Source: Marsupella aquatica
Lineage: Eukaryota; Plantae; Marchantiophyta
Assembly (NCBI GenBank): GCA_973895155.1
Contig: OZ316893.1
Location: 28,158,210 to 28,222,209 of the forward strand
DNA: 64,000 nt
Direction of reading: 5' to 3'
Under the pieces are notes generated by a model that was not told where the DNA came from, did not search any database, and saw only the letters and a list, made by a program, of their open reading frames with translations. Below are positions 1 through 13,630 of this stretch, in pieces. The translations under genes and the position numbers were made by a program. The first letter of the stretch is position 1; each line of letters begins with the position of its first letter.

Positions 1-766
1 CCGTTTTCCGGCCTGACTGTCAGCTTAGTTAGGACCTTAGTCAGCGAATCTTCGGCGAGAGGACACCCCGTCCCTTGGCTCTTAGTATTTAGTGCACCCC
101 TCGGTAGAGGCGGGGGGGGTTTTTAGTTTCAGAGTCGGACATCCGCGGGACATGCGGGGAGTCCCGACCTCTGGGAATGACAGGGTACCAAGGGGAGGGG
201 GTAGGACTAAGCTCGTCGGGCGAGTGCGGAGCCGGGCTCCGTTGTAGTGTGCACCCTCGGCCTTGAACCTGTGCATTCCAGGGCTGTCGTGTCAACTAAG
301 TGTACGCATATGTTCCCTTTGTAGTAAAATCCTTTCCCATCATTTTTCTTCGTGTAAATCGAGATTGTATGCATGTGTGCGCATATGTGTGTGGGTTTCT
401 CGTATATGGGTGGCAGCGCCAGGCCGAACGCACTACCCGAGACGTGCACAGGTGCAGCCTGCGGGTAAGTGGTTGCGAGCACGGGTTGAGGACCTATATC
501 ATCGAATCCGGATCGAAGGCGGACAGCACGAAGGCTTAGAAGCCCTTAAGCCGGGGTCGATCCTGCTATCGACTAAGGTACGTTCCGGCGGCGGAACACA
601 AACCATACCTAGGAGGTGTCCATATTTAGCAGTATGCACACTTAGCGCTAGTTTACGAGAATAAGGTGCATTACGTGCTTCCCTTCCTGCCCGAACCCTC
701 AAATTTACGAGGGATGTGCCCGTCTAAGCTGAAGTCTAAGTTAAGGCCGAAGCCTACGACGTGACA
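1..766 (+). mobile_element. 3' end of a TG..CA LTR-like unit, same family as 31446-40183 (start lies outside the window)
   Basis: 1-766 is near-identical to 39423-40183. Both end ...GACGTGACA and the similarity stops exactly there. Confidence 0.9.
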
Positions 767-2894
767 GTTGGGTCTTGGGGTGCCATGGGTTCTCGAGGCT
801 TGCAGGTGTTAGCTCGCATGCTTGCCAAATGTCACGCGATTGACATGGGTTTTAACACCAAAAACATCACTATTGGGTGCCAAAACCATCTCCTTGTACC
901 TGAGGATCACGAAGGGATGCTGTGAAGGCTGGTAAACACCAGTTTATGCCCTTAACACTAGACTATCATAGCAAGACTCTGTCATACATCACCCAAGCTC
1001 AATCCCTAGGAACCAAGGTTGGTAATCAGATCCTTTGCTCATGATAGTTCTGGTGAGAAGGGATCTTCATATCGGGCCCGTACACATAGGGCCTAGCGCT
1101 ACGGTGCGCATATGTCTATACGTATGCTTATTGTCATAGGTATATTTCTATTCCGCCGCCGGAATGTACCCATAAACCAGTGACTCCTGACTGATTCCCG
1201 GCTTAGGGACTTCTAAGCCATTGCCCCACCACTCTGCCATTCCACTCTCAGCAATCAGAGCTATGACAACCCTCACCCAACCCACTTCAATGCACCCGGT
1301 ACACCTCTTAGTGGCGCTGCTAGTCCCATCATACACTTGGATTGCCTCACACACACACACATCCATGAGAGAAATGAGGCCTGAGAGGTAAACTCAATTA
1401 GATTCAAAGATGTGCACAATTATAGTTCACTGAGAACACTTGATCCGAACAATAGGCCCAAAGGTTGTCTACTCCAGATTTCGACATGCTTGCCTTGCAA
1501 GCCCCATGCTTGCCATGCAAGCTCAATCCTGAACCTGAGCCTGGCTCACTCCAGATTGCGACAGTAGATTAGACTCGAACCAATCCCGTACTTGCCTTGC
1601 AAACTCAACCTCCTTCACTGCACTTCATTCTTGGAGGCACATACAGATCTAAGACCTCCATTTTAGAATGGCAAGTTACGCATGCATAGTTTACTCGACT
1701 TCAAAGTTGGTACCAGGCCTAACGACAATCTACCCCAGACTACAATGAGGCTCGGCCTCACGCTTGTCCTACAAGCTCAGCTCTGGCCATAAATCCCTTA
1801 GTGCTCTCTACCAGACAAAGGCCGAGACTCCCCATGGATCACGTAGTCTTGCCAGACTAAACTGTAAATGCTCCTCCTGCTGCCCCTCAATCAGTATCTC
1901 AACCTCCCTAATGTGCTCACCGCAAATCACATTGAAATCCTCCCCACATTTTACAATCACCAACAAATCACCTATCACCAAGCCTCTGTATTGGGGGAAA
2001 AGAACCCAGTGGTGTTGCCTACTAGAAAGAGTCACAATCCAGGTTGCAAACCTGGCCAACTGTTGCTATGAAGCGTGGCTGATCACTCCCTGAGTAATAG
2101 CACAACCAAGCTCTCCCCAACACACAGCTTCCAAGCCCAGCCTCCCTTGCACAGAGCTCCTCCCTGCTGCTCAGTCTACGTGAGATCACACAACTGAAGT
2201 CCCCCCTGCCTCTACCGTAGGGCTGCTCTATATACTCTCACATTGAGCCCAAATGGGTGGATGCTATGCTGTTGGAGCCCCATCCCAGCCCTAACAGAGC
2301 CGCCACTATCTCTAATTACCAAACCCTAACTCGCAGCTTTATTTCTATCTTGAATTGGCTATGTACTTCGGATTTGGCCCTCCTCCATAGTTTTTGCAAG
2401 CTTGCGCCTCCTCTCACAATTTCTCTATTCAACCATCTGCTGCGTGGATAGCAGCGTTGGAAGCGGCTTGAGCTCCTCTTTCCAACAAGGTCAATTATAG
2501 TCAATTTGGTCAAATACACAGAGAGTTATGCCCCCGCAACCGAGAAGGGGTACTCACTGTTGCGCTAAGTACTAGTAACCCGAGTTACATTGCTAACCCA
2601 AGTTTGGCTAACCTATATAGCTATCCTATCTAACCCGAGTAGAGCTAACCCGTGGTCTCGGGTTAGGCCGCTACCCGCTATCCGCTAACCTAGGCTAACC
2701 TGAGCCCGAACCCGAGCTTACCTATGCTAACCCGAGTTCAGTCTAATCCGAACCCGAGTTAAGCCTAAACTGAAGTTGTGCTGACCTGAGCTAAGCTGAA
2801 GCCGTGCTCACAAAAGCTAAGCCGTGGCCGAGCTTAGGTTAACCCGAAACCGAAGTCGAATCCACTAATTCTGGCCACAAGTTAACCCGTCACA
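767..2894 (-). mobile_element. Diverged LTR in minus orientation, related to the 33717-38430 family, interrupted at 766/767
   Basis: Shares the block ATTCCGCCGCCGGAATG (~1150) with ~33973 and a similar ATCGGG..GGCCTA block. Ends ...CCCGTCACA at 2894 (TGTGACGGG on minus). TATA-like TATATAG on minus near 2230. Confidence 0.55.
2575..2850. repeat. Degenerate short tandem repeats (CTAACCCGAG-like) in the LTR
   Basis: Many AACCCGAG/CTAACC copies are visible. Confidence 0.75.
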
Positions 2895-3752
2895 CTAATC
2901 AGGCCGTATCTTTCTTAATACACCTCTGTTTCCCCAATGTTTTATATCAATTTTACTCGCCTTGACCAGATCTTTCCAATGCTCTTTATAGATTGGGATT
3001 TGGTGATGTATTGAACGAGATATGGTCACCGACCACCCGCGACATAGCCTTTTATTTCCCTAACATTCTAAGACTAGACTATGAACCACTAACCTAACTA
3101 ACAAAATGAAGCTACACACCCAAGACATTTAGATTTCATCCTGAGAACAATCACCATACCCCAGAGCTTCATATTCAGCTATGGAGACTCGCTTCCTTGA
3201 ATTACTATGCCTACCTCCGTACCGGCGTCTTGAAGAGCCTCCATGCTCCATCTTGCTTGTCAAGAAGATGGTATGCTTGAAGAGCTGAATCCTCTCTTCC
3301 CCAGTTTCTCCTTTGTGGCCTTGACAATGACTACCTCAACTGTGTCTGCCTTGGTTGTGCAGTCTTCAAGCTGAAACCTTTATCCCTACTTTTAACACCA
3401 CGATTGCCCTTATTCTTGCCAGCTTGCTAAATGTTATATATGCAATATCAATAGCTACTCCTTGCATACAACAGCCTAGTTAATCAGATTATAGAATAAG
3501 GACCATGTCATTGGCGTCAACCAAATCCTGCTGAAACACTTTGAATGTAAATGAAACTGAATTGCTTTGCCTGACTTCAGGTTGTGTGGTCCAGAGTGTA
3601 GTTTTGTGCGCATCTACGGACGATTGGTTGACAAATGCATTGGCTTCACAGACCATTATACAAGGTACTATAAAGTTGGAATAAACTTGTAAAATTGGAA
3701 TGAGTTAATGTTCTCCAAAATAAATTCCTGATTTCCATTTGCTGATCAGGCC

Positions 3753-4454
3753 ATGCTCAAGCAATGCATTTTTGTACCCTTCGTGGATCCTCCGGAATGG
3801 GGGAATGGCACCATGTTGGACCAGCTAAGGAGGCTGGATGAATCAGTAATTTTAAAGATTTGCAGGCTGGTCGCAAAACCGTTTTATACTAACGCATTTC
3901 ACTTCTACATAGACCAGGTAGAGGGAGAAATGTATATCCGGTGGGATAGATATGTTGCATTTTCTAGAAGATTTATCCTGCTCTTTCTTAAAACCGGTGC
4001 AGTAAAACGTTTTATACTACATTGCTGTCATGTTGTGAAGGGCAATCCTGCATATGAACCAGAAGTCTATGCCCACAACCAACGTAGAGCATTCGATGAG
4101 ATTCAAGATGTGATTGACCAGCTGGAAAATCCTCTTGCCACCGAGTTTTTGATTGACATTGTTGGGAAACTATATTTGTACAGGACTCGTCAACTACCCC
4201 CCCCCCCCCGGCGGCCTTTATGTGAGTTGTTTAAGTTAGTCTATGTATGTTGCCTGTGGATGAACGTCCTTGCCAATGGTGAGATGTGTCAATGCTGCAC
4301 AAATGCTTATTGTGACATTCCATCACGACGGTATGCAGTAGCAGTAGTGAATCCTAAGACTGATGATGTTGATTTCCATTGGCTGTGGGCTTATGATCAT
4401 AGCATCACTCATATTCCCCGATGGCCCAAGAAGCGGATCTCACACTTTGCTTAG
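3753..4454 (+). CDS. Uncharacterised 233-aa ORF, probably the last exon of a spliced gene
   Basis: Open frame with protein-like composition. AG acceptor (GATCAG|G) just upstream and a candidate small exon at ~3581-3664. No recognisable domain. Confidence 0.45.
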   Translation: MLKQCIFVPFVDPPEWGNGTMLDQLRRLDESVILKICRLVAKPFYTNAFHFYIDQVEGEMYIRWDRYVAFSRRFILLFLKTGAVKRFILHCCHVVKGNPAYEPEVYAHNQRRAFDEIQDVIDQLENPLATEFLIDIVGKLYLYRTRQLPPPPRRPLCELFKLVYVCCLWMNVLANGEMCQCCTNAYCDIPSRRYAVAVVNPKTDDVDFHWLWAYDHSITHIPRWPKKRISHFA

Positions 4455-4684
4455 GCAAGGTTCCACATTGGAAAAGAAGATTAGGGTTTAAGGTCTCATT
4501 TTCAGATGTTGACAAGTACGATAATGTAATCTTGGCCGTCATTTATATGGTGCTCAAATTTGTTTTGGACTTTGTTTGCGACAATTTTATCGGAGTTGGT
4601 ATCGCTCGTGGATGACCTAATGCTTGTACGTGAATGAGCACTTTCTGAGTTGTATCGATATTTGCATGCAAGTGACTTGTCCTT

Positions 4685-5161
4685 GTGTTATGTGTCCGGT
4701 ATTGGTGGTTTTTGGTTCCTTGGTTTGTCAGAGCGATAAATTTATCGCTCCTTGCATTGAGATTTGCAGACTTTGTCATCATGGGTCCTAGTGGAAAGAG
4801 TGGATCTACCGAGGGTGAAAGTCTCATGGCAAGCCTCACAAACGCGATTTGGACAAGTGAAGACAGTTGTGAAGAGGTCAAGTTCATCAAGAAACCATGG
4901 TACTTCCGGGATGCCAGGTTATAGTCCAAGGATATGGTAGACTGTGAGTCTCCTATCCTTTGGGTCCAGATGCAAAAATCCGCAAAGGTTACTCTCTTGT
5001 TTGGCCCCGCTGTTGGTGTGGCAAGCTGTGAGTACTTGATTAGCCAGGGAGAGGCAAAAGTGTTGAAAGAACACGATTTCCGACCAAACGAGAACTATTT
5101 CCACAAACGTGAAGTGTGTTTTCAATTTCCGCCGAATCTCACAAAATTGGTGGTTTTTTAA
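4685..5161 (+). pseudogene. Uncharacterised ORF split by one in-frame stop
   Basis: ORFs 4685-4924 and 4934-5161 are in the same frame, separated by a single TAG. Confidence 0.3.
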
Positions 5162-6889
5162 TCAAAAACAGGTTTTTGGGGAAATAATGTAATCCGTATC
5201 GGAGTTCGGATTGAATCAGGAAATTCAAGAATGTTCCAAACCACTTAAATTAATGCTCACAAACATACAATTTATCAAGGAAAAATTAGATATGAAAAAC
5301 TTTCGCTTGAACCTCATATTCACGCTCTTTGAAGATATATGAAAGGTCTTATCTAGAAACCCATATCCACTTTTTGAGCAAAGTCCGATAACTGTATCGG
5401 ACTCCGGATTTCAACCATGAAAGTTCCAACCCAATCTCAGTTTTCTCAGTTTTTGGTTATTTACCGTAACTATTTTACATCACAATCGATAAGAAATTAC
5501 TGCACGGTTTGTCAAACTTACCTTGTAGTTACCTCCGCAAGTAACCATAGTCAACATGCCATTATTTCAACAACAATGCGCAGTCCGATAAAATTATCGC
5601 AAAAACTACGGACGGCAAAAATACTTGCCGACAATACTAAGATCCTTCGGTTCATCGGTTAAATTTCAAAATTGCAACTATATATATGAAGAAAACACTT
5701 TTTGCAATACCAACATCAGATAAATTTATCGCTTCAATTTCAAAATTGCAACTTCCATATGAAGGAAACACTTTTTGCAATACCAACATCAGCTAAATTT
5801 ATCGATTAAATTTCAAAACTATATAATTTTGCCACAATGCACGTGTAAGAATGAAATTGGAAATCCAAGAAATATACCCTTCTCTGCTATTTTGTCGTTT
5901 AGGACGACGACCAATCAAAAGTGGCCACGTGGGCCAACCCGTCAACAGACACTATAAAAGGGCCACCGCCGATAAGTTTTTGGCGTCATTATCCAGAGTA
6001 AATTTTTGGGAGTTGTGTTCTTGGAGCAACATTCTGTACGTTGAGCCATTCATTTTCCCTGATTGAGGGAGTAATGCAAAGCCCCATAGTGTCTCGGACG
6101 AGGTCTCGGATAACCATGTCTCAATCAGACACAGATTCACCTTCAAGTTTAGTTAAAATCCTCTCCTAATGTTGTCGCTTGCTCTTTGCCAAGTCGCATC
6201 CCTAAAGCTCTACCTCTATCATAGTAGATTGTGCCTAAAATCTTTGACTTTGATTGGGATTCTGATGCAAGTTTTGGTCCTAAGCCTAGTTCTTACTATG
6301 TGTCGCCTAATAAACCTGAGAAGCGTCGTCTCTTGAGCGTTCCATCACCAAGAATTGAGAAAATTTCAATCCCAGGTTTAGGTCTGAGACGTCGCTTCAG
6401 GCCATCCATCCCGAGTTATGGAGAGGATATCCGGCAACCGATACGCGTATCGCACTCGGCATTCAAGTCACCACATTCAACGATGGATTTTTCAGTCTCC
6501 GGGTGAGGAACAGGAAGCAGAAAAGAGTAAGTTTCTAAACCCGTGTGTTACTCCCGATAATTTTATCGGGTTGAGGATTCCAATGCTTCTTCTTTGGTAA
6601 TTGTGTGTGAATATATTGTTTGAATAGTTTGAATACTTATCCCGATAAATTTATTGTTGTCATGGTTTAACATTATGGTAATCGAATCAAGTGTTTGAAT
6701 ACTGAACCCGATAAATTTATCGCTATCAATCCAGCAAAGTTCTAAACTTTTTTATTATTGAGGAAAATTCTCAACATTGCTAAACAAGCATCGGAAGGCA
6801 CAAGCATTGGAGAGGAGAAGTTAGCAAAGCACCGGAGCAAATATAACAAGAGTTCTTAGAAATATTTGGAACACGAATTTGGACAAAAG

Positions 6890-7636
6890 ATAACATGGAT
6901 AACATAACACCACTATTAGACTGGGCTCATTGAGGGCTTCAAAATGAGTCCAAACATGACTACCTATGTACACCCACAAATAACATGTCAACAATTATTA
7001 GTTTTATAACTTTCTATAATGATAAAATAATATCAATCTTTGGAATACAAACAACAATAAATTTATCACAACTTTCATTCCTCGTTATATTTAGGGTACT
7101 CCAGGTTGGTCTCTCGAGGTTAGATCCATTAGCACAAGGTTTTGAAGAACAAATATTGTCCCTATTATTATCTTGTATTGAGAAATAATATGGACAACAT
7201 AACACCATTGTTAGATTGGGCTCATGGAGGGCTTCAAAATGAGTCCAAACATGACTATCTATGTACACCCACAAACAACATGTCAATCATTCTTAGTTTT
7301 GTAACTTTCTATAATGATAAAACAATATCAATCTTTGGAATACAAACAATGATAAATTTATCATAACTTTCATTCTTCCTTATATTTTGGGTACTCCTGG
7401 TTGGTCTCTTGAGGTTAGATCCATTAGCACAAGGTTTTGAGTAACAAATATTGTCCCTATTATTATCTTGTATTGAAAGATAATATGGACAACATAACAC
7501 CGCTATTAGACTGGGCTCATTGAGGGCTTCAAAATGAGTCCAAACATGACTATCTATGTACACCCACAAACAACATACCAACAATTCTTAGTTTTGTAAC
7601 TTTCTATAATGATAAAACAATATCAATCTTTGGAAT
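6890..7636. repeat. 295-bp tandem repeat, ~2.5 copies
   Basis: Anchor GGGCTCAT at 6923, 7218 and 7513 with collinear flanks. Confidence 0.92.
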
Positions 7637-7705
7637 CTATCGGAGACACACTTCTCGTTTAGCCCGACTCATGTAGAAGTCATGTCTTTGAGGTCAATCT
7701 TTGCA

Positions 7706-7880
7706 ATTTATCAGAGTCTCAAATAATCCTTAATCCATTAGATGAATGGAGACTCCGATAAATTTATCGGAGTCTCAACTAATCCTCAATCCTTCAAAGG
7801 AATGTCGACTCCGATAAATTTATTGAAGTCTCAAATAATCCTTAATCCGTCAAAGGAATGAAGACTCTGATAAATTTATT
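7706..7880. repeat. 56-bp tandem repeat, ~3 copies, each carrying the GATAAATTTAT core
   Basis: GTCTCAA.TAATCC at 7716, 7772 and 7828. Confidence 0.88.
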
Positions 7881-9266
7881 AACCTTGAATATAGTATATG
7901 GAATGATTCCTCACTCCTATAATTCTATTTGATGTTCTTCAAACATATTCAATTCTTCAAAGGAATGCAACTGAGGAATGCAGAATGCGATAAATTTATC
8001 GCAATCCGCTCGGGTCAGGACATTGCCACCAAATGACAAGTCAACCTTACATAGATGTTACTCGAACTGGAATGGTAGTTCCGATAAATTTATCGGGTTC
8101 TCTAGAGAAAGAGTCAAGTCTCTTGTGAGGAATGTAAGACTTGATAGGAGTCCAGTATTCGCTTTGAGTGAGGTGTTGTTCGCTCCGGCAAAAATAAACC
8201 TTTTATGGGCAGCCCACTCCTCTTTATATAGGGGATGCTCTAACCATGGTTACTTTTCCCCATTAACCATGGTTACATTTGCACTAACCCGGGTTAGTAC
8301 GTGGTCGACCCTCGATTACGTGGTTCGGACCAATTTACTCGCAGTTCGGACTTTTTCATAGACCGAATGTAAAACCCGATGCACGTATCGCTCCCTGCAT
8401 TCCCACGGCGATGCAATGTAGGCAACTCATGTTTTTTCAATTTTTTGGCAGTTTTATCGGAAATGCAGTGCCTTAGAAAAAAAATGAAATTGGGCTAAAC
8501 GAGAAGTGTGTCACACTTCTCGGTCGGTCCGAAATCATGTTGAAGGCTTAAGTTTCTTGACAATGTGTGGATGCAAGGGATTCACCTCTGTCATTGTCAC
8601 CATGGAGAACTTTCTTGAGAAATCCCTTGAGAGTTACCCTGAAGACCCGCTTGTCGCGGAAGTTAGGATAGCAAAAGTAATGAACGCTACCAAGGGTGAA
8701 CGCAGAGTACAAGAGGCTCATAGGTGAAGAATTCAGACCCATCCGGAAAATAGTTATTAAGAGGCCTGGTTCAAACAGGAGTGGAGCTTTGTCGGCAAAA
8801 AGCGTTGGAGGTACTACTTTGGACGAGCTTGCAAGTGGTTTGGGGAAGGGAAGTGGGAGGGGAAAGATCACCCTATTCATTAAAAGTGTATTTTACCCTG
8901 GGCCCTTACTAGAGGGAATGTAATGAGACATACCTGTGACCGAAGTCCCCTAGGTACCCCTTGTTATATTTTGGAGGAAGATTAAAATATATCTTGTTTG
9001 TTCTAAAGAGAATTTTCAATCCTATATAAAATTTACCTATGTTATTATAATCACACAGATTTAGGGATTTAAAATACCCTTCATTTGTTATAAAAAAAAT
9101 TGTTTGTGAAGACATTCAATACTGAGTGCACATTTTATGTAATCTGCCAGTTAATGGCAATAACACTGAACAAACATATTGCCATATAATTTTTGGCAAT
9201 GTGTGCAAGTCCACTAGGACTTTAGCACACAAATCACTAGACAGCTAATTTATACTAGATGGAATA

Positions 9267-9887
9267 TCAAAGTTCTCCAAACAATTCCTGCAAAATCTCA
9301 CTACAAGACATTAACAGAGGTGACATTGCACCGGGCATTGCACAGGGTATCCCACGTAACAGGGCAGAGAAGTCAAACACTACTCCTACGTCTAATGTGC
9401 CAGACATCCTACCGGGCATCCTACTAGGCCATAGATTCTTAAGGTTGCTCCATTCGTATGGGATGGGAGCATTCACTTCTGCAAACTGAGAGCAAATATT
9501 ACAAAGACTTTCATCACCACACTCAGTGCAAATCCATTGGGCTTCACTGCTGTCCTTCTTGAAATTAGAGGGACAGATTGTTTCATTAGCTAACATCACA
9601 ATAGGAGACTTCCTAGCGGGCTTCCTAGTCTCTCTAGCTCCGTCTCCAGCTTTCCTACTCCCATTCCTACTAGGCCCACTCCTCGGTAACATTTCTCTTT
9701 GTGAAGTGGGGTCATCCTTCAGCCCCCGCTTGGGCATTGGTACATCCAATCCATATATTCGATGTTTCACTGTGCTCCCTCTAGAACTGGGTCTAGAACA
9801 CACCATATTGTTGTCGGGTCTATTGCCCGGTCTGTTGCAGGCCAGGTTATAGAACACAATCAAACAAAGACACATGAGGCAAGCCAA
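9267..9887 (-). CDS. Uncharacterised ORF with a Cys cluster (WICTECGDESLCNICS), possible zinc-finger exon
   Basis: 206-aa ORF with two CxxC pairs. The C-terminal part may be intronic. Confidence 0.3.
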   Translation of the reverse strand: MACLMCLCLIVFYNLACNRPGNRPDNNMVCSRPSSRGSTVKHRIYGLDVPMPKRGLKDDPTSQREMLPRSGPSRNGSRKAGDGARETRKPARKSPIVMLANETICPSNFKKDSSEAQWICTECGDESLCNICSQFAEVNAPIPYEWSNLKNLWPSRMPGRMSGTLDVGVVFDFSALLRGIPCAMPGAMSPLLMSCSEILQELFGEL

Positions 9888-10099
9888 GTAACCCTCATCA
9901 GAACATGCAAATTAGGGGAGACTACATTTTGCTTGTGGCATAAAGATGTACATGAAATGCTATCTATAACCTCTCCACATGCATATGAATTGAAGACAAT
10001 AGATAGTTAAAGTACGTACTCGCTTGTACATCAACTCGATTGCCCTGCAATCAATCAATGAATATCATTCATCAGAAAACAATTTTAGAGCTTTAGGGT

Positions 10100-10975
10100 C
10101 TTCATTTTTGGGTTTGGACAAAATCATCCACAACAACTGCATCTGCCTGATCCAGGTGGAAGACGTTTGGACAACCAGGATTCACTGATAAAGTGACTGC
10201 TGATATGACACAGTCCAAGTCAATCCAGTAAGGATCGGAGACATTGTACGCAAATTTTATCCTGCTATTTCCCACCTGTGAAAACCAATCAAATCAAACT
10301 TTCACTCCCTGATCAGCACCAGGCCTATCAAGCAAATCCACAGCTTCTCTTGTTCTACCAACTTTCCCATTATACCTCCTCTGAATGCATTGTACTCGTC
10401 CTATCCACCACACATATTTAGGACTGTCAGGTACTATGGCCACATTGACTGCCACACCTCGTGGCCTCTTTGGGTTGAGGAGGGCACTAGAGTCCTGGCC
10501 ACACACTTTCTTTCAAACTCCTTTCCCTTTCAAGCATCGAGAACTTCCTCCAGAATTTTGAGTTTCTCTCACCTGTGGTGTATTATCTTCAAATAATACA
10601 CCACAGTCACTACCAATAGTCATGAACATAGTGGGTACACCTCAATTCACTGGCTTATCCACTAAATTGTTGAAAATAAATGCTCTGCTTCACGCGAGTC
10701 AAACGGTCCTTACTAAGATGGGGATTCCCAACAAGCTGACTAACCAATGTGCTCTTGTATATTTGCCGACCCTGGAAACTCACAGTAGGTTTCACATCAA
10801 CAATAGGCTCACCATACACCAGGTCAACATAAATCATGGACATAACTGCCACACATCCAGCAAAAGCTATCTGAACATCTGGAACCCCATCATCTCCCTC
10901 GTCTACTAACAACTCCGTTTCCATAGGAGTTCCAACAGGTATTTTGGCAATAGGATCTAGAGAAGGCAGTACTGT
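10100..10975 (-). pseudogene. 3' part of a degenerate uncharacterised (probably transposon-derived) gene, cut at its 5' side by a CACTA end
   Basis: Protein-like minus-strand frames (QGRQIYKSTLVSQLVGNPHLSKDRLTRVK; VWWIGRVQ) with stops and frameshifts. Coding character ends exactly at CACTA 10976. Confidence 0.5.
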
Positions 10976-13630
10976 CACTAGAAGAAAACCTGTGTTTTAC
11001 TACTACAGGCCCTGCAACTATTTTGCCTAAACAACTCATACGTGGTGCCAACCACTATTTTTTTAATGGGTTGTAATAATCTGCATTTTATTACTTACTT
11101 AGAACTATGTTACCTTAATCATTGATTACAACTCTTTTTTTGCCACTAAAACTTAGATCACTTGAATTAGAGTTGTATATTACACAAATTTACAAATCAC
11201 TACAATCCACCGTCCACTACACCGTCGATGTTTAACTCTATTTTCAACTAAGATTTTACTACTGGCCGAAACCACTACAAATACACGTACCACGTACCAA
11301 TATTTGAATGGTAAAGGTGTTTTTTCAATCAACTCTCAATCAAGTGAATCTTTTTCAAGTGATCTTAATTACTTGAAATAATGTCATCTGTGAACACACC
11401 TTTTGTTACTATAAATATCACCAATAATGGAGTCACAAATGAATTTTGACAAAATCACTTAAAATATTTTAGTGACAAGTAAATTCTTACAAACAACTTA
11501 AGATTGAGAGAATTAATTGTCAATGTACAAAATTTCTTTAAATAAAGTCATTATTATCACAAATTGTCTGACTACAAATACCACTAATATTAGAGTCCAA
11601 TAAATATTATTTGATGCAACTTCAAACCAAGTGCCACATCCTCCTTAGTCAAAAATCACTCTAAATAATGTCATTCTCTTTGCACATTTTAGTGACTCCA
11701 AATGCCACTAAGAGTAGAGTGTCAATGCAGGACCTTACAAATGACTTGAAATGAAGTAGATCATTTTCCATTCTCAGAAATCACTATGAATAATGTCATT
11801 CTTTAAATACATTTGCCACTACAAATGCCACCAACATTAGAGTGTCAAAACAATTTTGATAAATGATTGAAAATTGAACAGATTATTTTGTGATGTCCAA
11901 AACCTCTCCCAATGATGTCATTATAAACACACATTTTCAGTCACGATATGCATGCCGCTGGAATTACAGCGACAAACAATTTTTTTTTACAAATTGTACC
12001 CAAACCACTACACAACAGGTGCTTTGAGGGTTTTGGGCACCTGTCACTTGAAATACCACCATGTTTTGAGTTGGGAAAGGTATGTGTTTGAACTTCCAAT
12101 CAAGTGCATTGGTAAATACCAGCCCAAACCACTTAACACAAAGTCCTTTCGGGCTCTCATCTTCTTGCAACTACAAACTGCACCCATATTTGAGTGATGC
12201 AGCACACATTGGTGTGACCACTTGCCTTGAACTAGTGCTAAAAGGAGTGAATTGTGTGGATGCATCACATAAGCCCCATATTTGTAATTCCATAGAGTCT
12301 TGGAGTGATTTGTGTGGAGTTCATGATGTTGCATCACTTAGGTGCCTCAAATCTCTCCACCTTGGCAATTTATGCGTCACAACCTCATTGGCGTTGCTAT
12401 AACTAGTTGGCAGACGTGATGGGGGTGTACGATGGCTTCACCATGGGGGGGCTAACACGGAGGAATTGTTATGGCAGTGGGCCTAAGCCTCCTCCTTTAA
12501 TTGTGGCCCTCCGAGAATTGCGGCGAGGTGGATCCAGTTCTCATTATCCATTGTAAGTTTGTCACTCCCCAAATCACTAAAAACCATGTTCTTCAAAGCC
12601 GTCATTTCTAGGAACTAACACTATCACTCAAGCTGGGGTGGTACATCATGCATTCCTTTAAACAACATCTCATGAAGTGCTAGGCGTAGTGTGACCATTG
12701 TTCCCAAACCACTACAAATGAGGTGGTTTTAGGGTTTAGGGAAAATTCCACTTGAAATACCACCTTCATTTGAGTGGAGAAGTAAATTGTGTGTAAACAC
12801 TTGTAATGAAGTGCATTCTTATCCACCAACCCAAATTGCTACAAATGAGGTGCTTTGGAACAATGAAGTGGGTATAGCCACCGAGACAGGAAACAGGAAA
12901 ACAGGAATTCTGGTAGCAGATTTTTTTTGCTGTTATCAAGAATATGTTGCTGTTACCAGGAAAAGTTAGTCATTGGAACAGGATAATACTTCATTACTTC
13001 AAGCCAAATACATCTGAAAAAAAAGCAATATGCATTGCGCTTCATTTACATTCTAGAGCTTAGAACCAACTAACACGGCAACAATTGTTGTCTGATGATA
13101 AGTGAGTCTGGAATCACCAACATACTTCTGGAAAATAGTGTCCCCAAAACCACAGACACACAACCATTAACCAGTGAATGTCACGGGAAAAAACATTGGC
13201 ATGGTAGGTCCCACCATAAGTAACATAATATTATAGGCCAACAATAAGGCTCAAAACCACAAATGAAAACTCCGGACAATTTGAAAGACCACCAACGATG
13301 GGCTAGCGCTTGGCGCTAGCTAAAATGGAAACAACCAACACATTTAGAAAATGACATTGGATGAATGCAGAATGTGGCAAACAAAATTTAAAATATCATT
13401 TGTAGTGATAGGATTACAATGAAATAAATGGTAATAAGGAAGACTTGGAACCATCCCAGCGCCAGGCGCTAACACAAAACTATACCGTTGTAATACGACA
13501 AAAACTAATATAACCGTTTCGAGTATAGGACAAATATATCCTTCTCTATAAACCATAAGCATTCTCCCTTTCCAAGATCAGTCGGACTTCTCCAACTATG
13601 AGAATTGGTTAGTTGGTCAAAGTAGATTCC

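Larger units (their letters stand above)
4575..8465. repeat. Dispersed palindromic motif CGATAAATTTATCG (element-specific signature)
   Basis: Copies at ~4734, ~5719, ~6709, 7749-7776 (28-bp perfect palindrome GAGACTCCGATAAATTTATCGGAGTCTC), ~7988 and ~8082, plus degenerate copies. Confidence 0.85.

Noticed and set aside
5950-5962. CACTATAAAAG as a CACTA terminus (likewise CACTATAAAT at ~18043)
   Set aside because: No matching inverted end or TSD was found; it reads more like a TATA box.
6890-7880. CRISPR-like array
   Set aside because: Units repeat in full with no unique spacers, there are no cas genes, and the context is eukaryotic.
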